A stretch of DNA of 59,142 bases, counting the filler. It is 4 parts of 4 records of this genome, joined end to end, with 100 filler letters (N's around TTAATTAATTAA, not from the genome) between each part and the next. Parts side by side here need not be neighbours in the genome. Positions count along the whole stretch, not along the records: positions 1 to 21,953 come from DRR723986_3505; positions 22,054 to 39,298 come from DRR723986_3508; 2 more parts are not named here. One strand, written 5' to 3'. The stretch's first letter is position 1. Every line of letters starts with the position of its first letter. A model generated the notes under the pieces. That model was not told the origin of the DNA, did no database searches, and saw only the letters and a list, made by a program, of their open reading frames with translations. A program made the translations under genes and the position numbers. Of this stretch, positions 19,237 to 30,841 are shown in pieces.

Positions 19237-19612
19237 GACTGATCAGCGTCCCTTCGTACTCGATGAGCTTACGTGCTTCTTTCAGTGCTTTATAGAAGGC
19301 GCCGGTTAGTATGGCGTTACTAATCCTGGTGACAAAAGGGATCGTACTCGGCGCGGCTTTCACTATGTCATTGACGAGGCTGAAGTAACTCTCCTGTATC
19401 TTCTCCAAGTCAGTTGACAGATACATCAGCTGAACGGCCAGGTAGACCCGTTTGGCTGGTGTATCCGCAGTGGCCGGCGTGAGAATATCCTTTTCTCGCA
19501 GAATGGGAGCCTGGCCTTCGATAAAGAGGCGAGTGCGTTGATTGTCATTGGTGATAACGCTTTCCCCAATGATAATTCGCTCGCCCGGTTTCAGCTCGAC
19601 CTTGAGCGCCAT
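19118..19612 (-). CDS. flbT: Flagellin translational regulator FlbT
   Basis: MALKVELKPGERIIIG...PILREKDILTPATADTPAKRVY...YKALKEARKLIEYE. Confidence 0.9.
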   Translation of the reverse strand: MALKVELKPGERIIIGESVITNDNQRTRLFIEGQAPILREKDILTPATADTPAKRVYLAVQLMYLSTDLEKIQESYFSLVNDIVKAAPSTIPFVTRISNAILTGAFYKALKEARKLIEYEGTLISHVQTGSAGLPENKPGGDVTEGAGSESADEGRSPASVDQG

Positions 19613-19704
19613 TCCGTGACCTCCACGCAGAAGTATCGCTGTGAAACGTTAACGAAATCGTTAACGATTTGCCCCCGATACCTTAATGATAACTGCCGCC
19701 GGTG

Positions 19705-21198
19705 TTAACCGAACAGGCTCAAGACGCTCTGATCTGCCTGGTTGGCCAGAGACAGAGCAGTCGAAGAAAGCTGCTGACGGGTTTGCAGCGCCAGCATGTT
19801 AGCACCTTCTTCGTTCATGTCCGCAATAGTTAGGTGGCCAGCGCCAACCTCCAGCGTGTTGATCAGATTTTGGGTGAAATCGGTCCGGATTTCCACAGTC
19901 GAAAGAGCCGTACCCATCGAACGGGCCGCATTGCGAAGCTCGTCGAGCGCCGCGTTGATGGCCTGAAGCGTTCGATCGATATCCGTATCCGACTTGAATT
20001 CGGACGGCGCTGCCGTCAGTGATACGATTCCTGTCGTCGATCCGAGCGTCGTTCGGTTGAAGTCGCTGTTGCTGCTGGAAATGTCGAAAGAGACTTCGCC
20101 GATAAGGCTGATGCTGCCGCCCGAGAAGGTGGCATCCAGGCCCTTTACGTTGTTGATGAAGGTCACGAGATCGCTGACCGTGGTTTCTTCGTCGATCTCC
20201 AGAGAGGCCGGCTCGAAGCCGTTGCCGTCGGTGATCGTGATCGTGTCGCCGGCCTGGAAGCCGCCGGAGGAGACCAGCGTTGCCGTGGAACTGAGAGGAG
20301 ACACCGTCATCGTGGTCGTTGTGCCGCCGGTGTCGCCACCGTCCGTCGCTGCGCCACCGCCGGTGTTGTCCTTGGAGATATAGAGAGCGTTGTCGAGACC
20401 GGACGTGATGGTGATGGAGTCCGTGGCTTCGTCAAAAGTGGCGTGAACGCCGTTCAGATCGTTCAATGCGTCCACGTAGTCCTGCACCGTGGTGATGTCG
20501 GTACCGACCGTCAGGTTGGTGGTGCCGGAGGAATCCGTGATGCTGACAACGTTGCCGGTTGCCCAGTCGGCGAGGTCCGTCAGATTCGAGGACGCCTGCA
20601 GGCCCGACAGGGAAATGGAGGTGGTGCCGCTGAAGAGGTTGAAGGATGAGGTCCCGGTGCCACCGGCATCCAGGTCATCCAGATTGAGACCATCATCTAG
20701 TGAAGTGTCTGTAAAATCTACCGGATTAACGGTCAGATTCGAGGTGCTGTCCTCGTTGAAGATAACTTCCAGCTCGTTGCCGGCACCGGCAAGAAGGTTC
20801 TTGCCCTTGTAGCTGGAGTCCCGTGCCATGTCCTCGATCTGCTCAAGCAGATCGTTGTACTGGCTGGTGAACAGCTTGCGTTCGTATTCACTGGAGGTCT
20901 GCAAGGCCTGGTTCGCGATGGCCTTGGCCGATTCCACCAGTTTGGTGATCGACGTGATGCCCTTGTCCGCTGCCCGGATCGTCTGAACCGCCTGGCCCAT
21001 GTTATCCAAGAGGTTGGACAGATCACTCGCGCGGTCGTTCAGGGATTGTGCCGTGAAATAGGAGTTTGGATTGTCGAGCGCCGTGTTGACCTTCAGGCCC
21101 GTTGCCAGGCGCGTTTGCGTGATCGACTGCAAATCCGCCGTCTGTTTCAGCGACAGGAGATTGTCCCGGACAGCACTGGAGAGAACAATATCAGGCAT
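19705..21198 (-). CDS. Flagellin
   Basis: LSSAVRDNLLSL...RLATGLKVNTALDNP; C-terminal ADMNEEGANMLALQTRQQLS. Confidence 0.95.
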   Translation of the reverse strand: MPDIVLSSAVRDNLLSLKQTADLQSITQTRLATGLKVNTALDNPNSYFTAQSLNDRASDLSNLLDNMGQAVQTIRAADKGITSITKLVESAKAIANQALQTSSEYERKLFTSQYNDLLEQIEDMARDSSYKGKNLLAGAGNELEVIFNEDSTSNLTVNPVDFTDTSLDDGLNLDDLDAGGTGTSSFNLFSGTTSISLSGLQASSNLTDLADWATGNVVSITDSSGTTNLTVGTDITTVQDYVDALNDLNGVHATFDEATDSITITSGLDNALYISKDNTGGGAATDGGDTGGTTTTMTVSPLSSTATLVSSGGFQAGDTITITDGNGFEPASLEIDEETTVSDLVTFINNVKGLDATFSGGSISLIGEVSFDISSSNSDFNRTTLGSTTGIVSLTAAPSEFKSDTDIDRTLQAINAALDELRNAARSMGTALSTVEIRTDFTQNLINTLEVGAGHLTIADMNEEGANMLALQTRQQLSSTALSLANQADQSVLSLFG

Positions 21199-21413
21199 CA
21201 GACTTCACCGCTTTCCCTATTCAGGTCTCGCCAAAGGCAACATGCGGGTAAACCAAGTCGAGCATGCACCTTTGCCGTAAATCTAAATGGAAAGTTAATC
21301 ACTGATGCACGTATTAACGTCCCGTAAATAAAAGTTACCAAAAGGTTTCTTTTAAGATGTTGATTCTCAATGATAAAAAATTTCGGGTTCAGACAGTAAT
21401 TCACGGCGTAAAC

Positions 21414-21443
21414 GAAAACGGCGGACCAGTGGCCCGCCGTTTC
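21414..21443 (-). terminator. Intrinsic terminator after the upstream flagellin
   Basis: AAACGGCGG...CCGCCGTTT stem followed by T-rich sequence on the minus strand. Confidence 0.7.
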
Positions 21444-21487
21444 TGATGCTTGTCTGTGAGTCGTGCGTCCGACTGATTCTCTTTGAA

Positions 21488-21953
21488 TTAGAAGAGGGAT
21501 AGCACGGTCTGGTCCGCCTGGGAGGCGAAGGACAGAGAGGTGGAGGCAAGCTGCTGACGGGTCTGAAGGGCCAGCAGGTTTGCACCTTCCTCGTTGGTGT
21601 CGGCCAGGGTCAAAAGACCTGCACCTTCCTGCAGAGTATTGATCAAGGTCTTCGTGAAGTCTTGCCGGATCTCAACAGTCGAGAGGTTGGTACCGAATTC
21701 GGAAGCCTGGGACCGCAGGTTTGACAGACTGGTGTTCAACCGGTCTATGACGCGGTTGATGTTCGTATCCGTTGCGAACCCACTGTCGGAGATCGCTTCG
21801 ATCACGATGCCATCCGTGTCCGCGGTAAAGCCGGAGCTGTTGAAGTCCGTGTTGTCACTGGTCAGCGACAGATCGGTTTCCGACGTGATGGTGATACGAC
21901 CGGAGCCGTCATCGAACTTCGCCGAGACGCCGTTGAAGTCGTTGATGAAGTTT
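21488..21953 (-). CDS. Second flagellin, C-terminal part only (5' end lost at contig end)
   Basis: GTNLSTVEIRQDF...ADTNEEGANLLALQTRQQLA; frame stays open up to the gap. Confidence 0.9.
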
Positions 21954-22053
21954 NNNNNNNNNNNNNNNNNNNNNNNNNNNNNNNNNNNNNNNNNNNNTTA
22001 ATTAATTAANNNNNNNNNNNNNNNNNNNNNNNNNNNNNNNNNNNNNNNNNNNN
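21954..22053. other. Artificial contig spacer
   Basis: 44 N + TTAATTAATTAA (stops in all frames) + 44 N. Confidence 0.97.
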
Positions 22054-23262
<1,209 letters not shown>

Positions 23263-23393
23263 CTGCCGTACCTCTCGCGGGTGGAAAGGCGAGTGTATCA
23301 GCTTGCCCACGCGCCTCACAGCAAGCCCTGGCCTGCACGCTGCTGTGCGGCTGGCGTATACTGCGCGCTCTTTCCAACCGGAGTAGCACCAGT

Positions 23394-24116
23394 ATGCAGC
23401 GACCCAGCGGCCGCCTTCCCGAACAGTTGCGCGATATCAGCATCACCCGCAGTTTCACCCGCCACGCGGAGGGCTCCGTGCTGGTCTGCTTCGGCGATAC
23501 CAAGGTGATCTGTACCGCCTCTGCCGAGCAGGGTGTACCCCGCTTCCTGCGTGGCTCGGGAAAAGGCTGGGTGACTGCGGAATACGGCATGCTGCCGCGC
23601 TCCACCGGGACCCGTATGGGACGGGAGGCCAGCCGAGGCAAACAGGGCGGACGGACGGTGGAAATCCAGCGCCTTATCGGGCGCTCGCTGCGAGCCGCCG
23701 TCGACCTCGACAAGCTGGGTGAGAATACCATCACCATAGATTGCGATGTTATCCAGGCGGATGGGGGCACCCGCACCGCCGCGATTACCGGCGCCTGTGT
23801 TGCGCTGGTGGACGCGATCAATTTCCTGCAGCGGCGCAAGCTGTTGTTGCAGGACCCCCTGCTGCAGATGGTCGCCTCGGTCTCCGTCGGGGTATACCAG
23901 GGTGTGCCGGTACTGGACCTGGACTACGCCGAGGACTCGAAGGCGGACACCGACATGAATGTGATCATGGGTGAGAGCGGCGGTTTTATCGAGGTCCAGG
24001 GCACCGCTGAAGGCGCCCCGTTCCACCGCGCGGAGCTCGATGGCATGCTGGATCTTGCGGTAGCCGGTATTGAGCAGCTGGTCGACCTGCAGAAGCAGGC
24101 CCTGGCGTCGGGTTGA
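23394..24116 (+). CDS. rph: Ribonuclease PH
   Basis: [36 protein letters not shown]. Confidence 0.97.
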   Translation: MQRPSGRLPEQLRDISITRSFTRHAEGSVLVCFGDTKVICTASAEQGVPRFLRGSGKGWVTAEYGMLPRSTGTRMGREASRGKQGGRTVEIQRLIGRSLRAAVDLDKLGENTITIDCDVIQADGGTRTAAITGACVALVDAINFLQRRKLLLQDPLLQMVASVSVGVYQGVPVLDLDYAEDSKADTDMNVIMGESGGFIEVQGTAEGAPFHRAELDGMLDLAVAGIEQLVDLQKQALASG

Positions 24117-24122
24117 GGCGCC

Positions 24123-24896
24123 TCAGGGCGCCTTGACCTCCATGTCGTAGTCCATGATCACCGGAGCGTGGCTGGAAAACGCTTTCGACTTGTAGATGGC
24201 GCCATAGTCCACGGCGTATTTCAGTCCCCGGGAGACGATGTGGAAATCGGTGCGCCAGCCGTTGCTCTCCCGATTGCCATCGGGCCACCAGCTGTACTCG
24301 TCCCGGTCGGAGTTGATTTCCCGAAAGGCGTCGACATAACCGCCCTCCAGTAATTCGTCCATCCACTGGCGCTCTTCGGCGAGGAAGCCGCTACGGGTGC
24401 TGTTGCTCTCGGTGTCCTGGACGTCGGCGGCGGTATGCGCCAGCTGCCAGTTGCCGCAGATAATGAACTCGCGGCGCTTGTTGCGCACCTTCATCAAATG
24501 GGCCTGCAGCAACCTGAGGAACTCGGCCTTGCGCGCCAGGCTATCCGGATTGTCCTCATCGCCCTGTGGTACCAGCAGGCAGCCAACGCTGAGGTTCTCG
24601 TAGTCGGCCTGGATATAGCGGCCTTCCATATCGAAGTCGGCGAACCCGAGGCCGGTCATGATGGCCTTGGGCAGCTGCCGGCAATAAATCGCAACGCCGT
24701 TGGCCTTACCGTTCACGTCATCGAAAAAATAGGCGTTATAGTCGCGCGGGAAGTAGAGGTCGTCCTGCAGGTCGTACTCGGAGCAGCGCAGATCCTGGAT
24801 ACAGACGAAGTCTGCGTCCTGCTCGCTCAACCAGTCATAAAACCCGTTGCCTGCGGCGTTTTTTATGCCATCGGCACTGAGACTGATAATCCTCAT
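24123..24896 (-). CDS. crc: Crc-like catabolite repression protein (degenerate exonuclease III fold)
   Basis: MRIIS..., CIQD, GRYIQAD, KRREFIICG, YSWWPD, GWRTD, FSSHAP; lies between rph and pyrE as in Pseudomonas. Confidence 0.75.
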   Translation of the reverse strand: MRIISLSADGIKNAAGNGFYDWLSEQDADFVCIQDLRCSEYDLQDDLYFPRDYNAYFFDDVNGKANGVAIYCRQLPKAIMTGLGFADFDMEGRYIQADYENLSVGCLLVPQGDEDNPDSLARKAEFLRLLQAHLMKVRNKRREFIICGNWQLAHTAADVQDTESNSTRSGFLAEERQWMDELLEGGYVDAFREINSDRDEYSWWPDGNRESNGWRTDFHIVSRGLKYAVDYGAIYKSKAFSSHAPVIMDYDMEVKAP

Positions 24897-25150
24897 TCTT
24901 GGTCCCTTGTTCAACGAGCGTGTATCATACCCAAGGTGGTCCGGGCAGCCTACAGTAACCGGCGCCAGACCCCGTTTGGTGATGTGGACACACGTGACAG
25001 CTGAGCTGTTCTGTGGCGATCGGACGCACCGAAACGGCGAGGGCTAAAAACTCCAGCTACCGGATGCCTGGGAGGTGGAACGTCCATTAAGCCAGTCGAT
25101 AATAACCCAAATCCGGGGGTTGCACAGTTTCCCCGCCATCGGAATTCCTC

Positions 25151-25795
25151 ATGCACAGTTACCAGAAGGCCTTTATTGAACTCGCGCGTCGCCACGATGT
25201 GCTGAAGTTTGGCGAATTCACCCTCAAGTCGGGACGCCAGAGCCCGTACTTTTTCAATGCGGGCGCATTTGCCAGCGGCGCTGCCCTGGCTGAGCTGGGG
25301 CGCTGTTATGCCCAGCGCATCGTCGACTCCGGTATAGCGTTTGACGTGTTGCTGGGCCCGGCTTACAAGGGCATTCCGCTGGCGGCGGCCACCGCAATCG
25401 CCCTCGCCGACCAGCACGGCATGGACATTCCCTTTGCCTACAACCGCAAGGAAGCCAAGGCCCACGGTGAGGGCGGCACGCTGGTCGGCGCACCCCTTCA
25501 GGGCCGGGTCCTGGTGATTGATGATGTGATCACCGCGGGCACCGCTGTCCGCGAGGTCATTGCCATGATCGAGGGCGCCGGGGCCAGCCTCGCGGGGGTA
25601 GTGATTGGCCTCAATCGCCAGGAACGTGGTGCCGGAGAGCTGTCCGCTATTCAGGAAATCGAGCAGGCCCAGGGCATCCCGGTACTGAGCATCATCGATA
25701 TGGGCCACATCATCGATTACCTGGAGACCAGCGACCGCGGTCCCGAAGGTGCGCTCGAGGCTATGCGGGCTTATCGGCGGGAATTCGGAGTTTAA
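25151..25795 (+). CDS. pyrE: Orotate phosphoribosyltransferase
   Basis: [36 protein letters not shown]. Confidence 0.97.
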   Translation: MHSYQKAFIELARRHDVLKFGEFTLKSGRQSPYFFNAGAFASGAALAELGRCYAQRIVDSGIAFDVLLGPAYKGIPLAAATAIALADQHGMDIPFAYNRKEAKAHGEGGTLVGAPLQGRVLVIDDVITAGTAVREVIAMIEGAGASLAGVVIGLNRQERGAGELSAIQEIEQAQGIPVLSIIDMGHIIDYLETSDRGPEGALEAMRAYRREFGV

Positions 25796-25831
25796 CTTGT
25801 TCTATTTTGGTGCAGATCATATATTGGGCCC

Positions 25832-26494
25832 ATGCTGAAAAGGCTCCCGATTGCTCCCTCTGTCGTCCTCGCGGCTTTGCTGCTGGGCTGGCCGGGCCTT
25901 GCTCCGGCAGGCGAGCTTTATCGCTATACCAATCAAGAAGGGAATATGGTGGTGGACTACCGTATTCCCCCGGAATACGCGGCTGCCGGCTACGAGGTCC
26001 TCAACGACAAAGGGGTGGTTATCCGGGTCGTTCACAGGGAACTCTCGCTGGAGGAGCGCGCCGACCGCGACCTGCAGCAGCGCCTGGCGGCAGAAGCCGA
26101 GGCGGAGCAGAAGCGTCTGCAGGAATGGGATGAGTCCCTGTTACTCCGCTACAGCACCATCGAGGACATCGAGGCAGCCCGGGAGCGCACCCTGCGTGAC
26201 CTCCGAATCCGGGTCAGCATTCTCAAGAGCAACAAGCGTACGCTGAAACAGCAGGTAGAAAGCTACCAGGCCCAGGCCGCGGACCAGGAGCGCCAGGGGC
26301 GTGCCGTGGATGCGGCGCACCTCAAGGCCATCGAGGACCTGCAGGGTGAAATAGCAACGACCGACCGCTACATTGCCGATCGCCAGGAGGAAATCGCAGC
26401 GGTATCAGCGACCTTCCAGGAAGATATCGATCGCTTCGGGCAGTTGCTGGAGGTAGTGGAGTTGCGGCGCGCCTTGATGATGACCGAGGACTGA
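25832..26494 (+). CDS. Exported DUF4124-like coiled-coil protein
   Basis: Signal peptide followed by ELYRYTNQEG...IPPEY...GYEVLN and a long coiled coil. Confidence 0.65.
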   Translation: MLKRLPIAPSVVLAALLLGWPGLAPAGELYRYTNQEGNMVVDYRIPPEYAAAGYEVLNDKGVVIRVVHRELSLEERADRDLQQRLAAEAEAEQKRLQEWDESLLLRYSTIEDIEAARERTLRDLRIRVSILKSNKRTLKQQVESYQAQAADQERQGRAVDAAHLKAIEDLQGEIATTDRYIADRQEEIAAVSATFQEDIDRFGQLLEVVELRRALMMTED

Positions 26495-26504
26495 CCCCCC
26501 GGTC

Positions 26505-27140
26505 CTAGCCGGCAAAGGTGCCCGCCTGGCCCGGTAGCGGCTGGCTCACCGCTTCCCTGAAAAAATTACCGATCAGCAAATCCCACTGTTCCTGCCAGTC
26601 GCTGGTTGGGGAGCGCTGGAAATTGCTGCGCACGAACTGGGAGATGCGGCCCTCCGCGGTAGCCATCAGCAGATTGGCGGCAGCCGGCAGGGGGATGGCG
26701 GGGCGCAGGCCCTCGCGCATCTCGGCTTCACGGATTACCTGGCGAAGCTGGGTTTCGAAGCGGTCGAACAACTGCGCTACCCGCAGGTGCAGGCGCTCGG
26801 TTTCCCCGGCCAGCGCATCTCCGGTGAGAATGCGGGTGATGCCCGGGTTACGTTCGGTGAAGGCCAGTAGCAGCAACAGCATCTTTTCACAGCGTCGCGC
26901 AGCGGAGGTTTCTTCGTTGAGGATCATTCCGATGCGACTGAACAGGGTTTCCTCGATGAACTCGATCAGCCCCTCGAACATTTTCGACTTGCTGGGAAAG
27001 TGGCGGTACAGAGCGGCTTCGGATACCCCCACCTGGCGGGCCAGCCCGGCGGTAGTGATGCGATCACCCGGCTTGGACTCAAGCATCTGGGCAAGTGCTT
27101 CGAGGATCTGCTGACGCCGTTGGGATTTCTTGGGGGACAT
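26505..27140 (-). CDS. slmA: Nucleoid occlusion factor SlmA
   Basis: [14 protein letters not shown]...ITTAGLA...[22 protein letters not shown]. Confidence 0.92.
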   Translation of the reverse strand: MSPKKSQRRQQILEALAQMLESKPGDRITTAGLARQVGVSEAALYRHFPSKSKMFEGLIEFIEETLFSRIGMILNEETSAARRCEKMLLLLLAFTERNPGITRILTGDALAGETERLHLRVAQLFDRFETQLRQVIREAEMREGLRPAIPLPAAANLLMATAEGRISQFVRSNFQRSPTSDWQEQWDLLIGNFFREAVSQPLPGQAGTFAG

Positions 27141-27264
27141 GTCGCTCTGGTGTGGCCAGCGGAGACCTCCATGCTAGCGATTACCCGAGAGCGCTGCAAT
27201 AAGTGAGTCGCGGTTTGAGGTGTTTTTGCGGTGGTTTTTCGCCCAGCGCCGCCGTGCCCGCCGC

Positions 27265-28200
<936 letters not shown>

Positions 28201-30765
28201 CTAGAAAGTGAGCTCGAGCTGCGGATCGACTTCCGCCAGCTGGCTGCGGAACTCCTGCTTGATGGTATTGAGGGCATCCTCGCTCTCCGCCTCAAAGCGA
28301 GCGGTGAGCGCGGCGCTGGTATTGGACGCTCTCACCAGGCCCCAGCCGTCGGCGAAATCGACCCGTACCCCGTCGAGGTGGTTGACCTTGCCGTGGGAAA
28401 ACCGGCCGGTCAGGGCCAGATCCTCGATAAGCCGGAATTTGCGGTCCTCGGCTACTGGAATAATGATTTCCGGAGTGCTGACCGAGGCGGGGAATTTGGC
28501 CAGTACATCGTCCAGCGCCTCCCCGTGGGTGCTGAGAATCTCTGCCAGCCGCGCCGCTGCATACATACCATCATCAAAGCCGTACCAGCGCTCACCGAAA
28601 AACATATGCCCGGAGAATTCGCCGCCGAGCAGTGCTCCGGTTTCGATCATCTTCTCCTTCATAAAGGCGTGGCCGGTCTTCCACAGAACCGGGCGTCCGC
28701 CATTACGGGTGATCAATTGCGCCAGGTTGCGGCTGCATTTCACGTCGAAGACCACGTCGGCGCCCGGGTTGCGCGAAACCACATCCTGGGCAAAGACCAT
28801 CAGCAGTGAGTCCGAACGCACGATACGGCCGCTGCTGCTGACGATCGCGAGTCGGTCACCGTCGCCGTCAAACGCCACCCCGAAATCTGCGCTTTCGGCG
28901 CGCACTGCGGCGGCAAGATCAGCCAGGTTGTCCTCGTTGCTGGTGTCGGGTGAGTGATTGGGGAAATTGCCGTCAATTTCGCAGTACAGTGGTACGACCT
29001 CACAGCCGAGCTCCTCGAACAGGGCGGGGGCGATACGGCTGGTGGTGCCGTTACCGGCATCGATCACAATCTTCAGCGGCATGGCGATCGCAATATCGCT
29101 CAGGACCTCGTCGACATACGAATCAACCACGTCCTCCCGGATCATGCGGCCATGTCCCTTGCTGAACTTGCCCTGCTGCGCACGTTCCCGGATATCCTGA
29201 ATACCGCCGGCAGCGATCGTATGCTGGTTGAGCACAATCTTGAGGCCGTTGTAATCGGCGGGGTTGTGGCTGCCGGTGACCATGACACCGGAACCGCAGT
29301 TGAGGTGGCGGGTAGCGAAGTACAGCAGCGGGGTGGGCACCAGGCCGATATCGATAATGTCGCGGCCACTGTCCGCCAGGGCCTTGATCAGGGTGGCCTT
29401 GATCCGCGCGCTGCTGTTGCGTCCATCGCAGCCGACCACCAGGGTCTGCTCACCCTTCTCCTTGGCCAGGGTCCCGATCGCACCGCCTATCTTCGCGACG
29501 ATCTCATCATTCAGCTCGGTATCCGCAAGTCCGCGGATGTCATAGGCACGGAAAATATGATTCGGGAAATCAACTTCGTCGGGGGGGGCTGGTGCTGCGG
29601 CACTGCTGTCGAGGTCCAGGTCCAGTCCTTCCTCTTCGTCGAGGATGCTATTTGCCTGGAATAACGGGTTGGCGAAGTTGTCCATCCCGGGGTCCGGTGC
29701 TTCCGCAAACTGGACCGTGGGTGTGGCACTGCCGGAAGCGCCCTGGCGCAGGGTGCGCAGGCTGGCACGGCGCAGTTGCTTGGCCAGCGGCACCAGTTCA
29801 GGCACTGCCAGGGTTATGGGTGTTTTGCGCTCGGCTGCGGAGATGATGGTCTCCACTTCCTGGGCCAGCCTGGCGGGCCAGAGGAACACAATGACCGCAA
29901 AGCCGGCAATGACGGCGACGGCGATAGCTGCCAACACCACCAGCAGTGGCAGCTTATTTATAGTCAGGGTGTCCACCAGCTCCGGCGACGGGGTGAAGCT
30001 GACCTGCCAGTGGCTTTCGGGTATGGCATAGCTGTAGCTGTCCTCGCCGGGCGCGGCTTGACCCGTGCTTGCGATAACGGTGGCCTTGCCGCCGAATACC
30101 TGTTCCAGAGCGAAGCGGCCGACATTGACCCCCATCCCGCTTAACTGACCGTTGATCAAGGTGTTATCGAAGGTGGCGAGGATAACCGCGCGGCGCGAGG
30201 GATCCTCCGGATGGCTGACCAGACGGGCGATGGAAGTCAGCCAGCGGCCCTCAAACTCGTAGGACTCCGGTAGTGTGGTCTCGCCCTGGCCGGTGCGGCG
30301 CAGCAGGTCCAGCTCGATATGGTTGCGCAGGCCGTCGCTACTCCTGGCGAAGGTGGCGGTTCCCATGTCGTCGAGCGGGGTCAAACTCAGGCTGGTAACT
30401 TCCGGGAAATAGGCGAGCATGGCACGCTCCGCCCGCGCGATATCTTCAGCGGCTCCGCTGGCGATGGACTGCACCGCGTCGGGGGCAGTGGCGGCAGCCT
30501 TGATGCGGGCGCTGATACGCAGCAGTACGTGGTGAATGTTGGTCGCCTGCTGGCGCGCGTAGGCATCCGCTACCCTTTCGAGCTGCTGGTGTTGCAGCAG
30601 CGGCTCGCGCACCAGCGCAAGAAAGGCAAAGCCGAGAACCAGTGGCACGATGGCAATCAGCAGCGCTTTCAAGGTGATCTGCCGAAGTGCGTTGCCCTCG
30701 GCGGTGATGGCCTCTGGCTTGCCGGCCGACCCCTGGGGCTTCTTATCTTTGCTTTTACCTATCAT
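28201..30765 (-). CDS. algC: Phosphomannomutase/phosphoglucomutase, long membrane-anchored form
   Basis: C-terminal core with IFRAYDIRG, TGSHNP, FDGDGDR, GEFSGH; about 400-aa N-terminal extension with two hydrophobic segments. Confidence 0.9.
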   Translation of the reverse strand: MIGKSKDKKPQGSAGKPEAITAEGNALRQITLKALLIAIVPLVLGFAFLALVREPLLQHQQLERVADAYARQQATNIHHVLLRISARIKAAATAPDAVQSIASGAAEDIARAERAMLAYFPEVTSLSLTPLDDMGTATFARSSDGLRNHIELDLLRRTGQGETTLPESYEFEGRWLTSIARLVSHPEDPSRRAVILATFDNTLINGQLSGMGVNVGRFALEQVFGGKATVIASTGQAAPGEDSYSYAIPESHWQVSFTPSPELVDTLTINKLPLLVVLAAIAVAVIAGFAVIVFLWPARLAQEVETIISAAERKTPITLAVPELVPLAKQLRRASLRTLRQGASGSATPTVQFAEAPDPGMDNFANPLFQANSILDEEEGLDLDLDSSAAAPAPPDEVDFPNHIFRAYDIRGLADTELNDEIVAKIGGAIGTLAKEKGEQTLVVGCDGRNSSARIKATLIKALADSGRDIIDIGLVPTPLLYFATRHLNCGSGVMVTGSHNPADYNGLKIVLNQHTIAAGGIQDIRERAQQGKFSKGHGRMIREDVVDSYVDEVLSDIAIAMPLKIVIDAGNGTTSRIAPALFEELGCEVVPLYCEIDGNFPNHSPDTSNEDNLADLAAAVRAESADFGVAFDGDGDRLAIVSSSGRIVRSDSLLMVFAQDVVSRNPGADVVFDVKCSRNLAQLITRNGGRPVLWKTGHAFMKEKMIETGALLGGEFSGHMFFGERWYGFDDGMYAAARLAEILSTHGEALDDVLAKFPASVSTPEIIIPVAEDRKFRLIEDLALTGRFSHGKVNHLDGVRVDFADGWGLVRASNTSAALTARFEAESEDALNTIKQEFRSQLAEVDPQLELTF

Positions 30766-30841
30766 GCGGATAGCTGTATCGGCGGTCTGTCAGTGCCGCC
30801 AATCATAGTACGGCAGCGCGTTGACTTGAATGGTGCGGGAG

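Noticed and set aside
21998-22009. TTAATTAATTAA occurring three times, as a possible repeat or CtrA site
   Set aside because: Synthetic all-frame-stop linker inside N runs
25030-25075. ACGGCGAGGGCTAAAAACTCC resembling the 3' end of a ykkC riboswitch
   Set aside because: The 5' GGGTTCCG/TGGTCCGAG core is not found in order; kept only as an unassigned structure
27186-27200. GAGAGCGCTGCAA resembling part of an SAH riboswitch
   Set aside because: Opposite strand to the flanking genes; remaining elements absent; no SAH-related gene nearby
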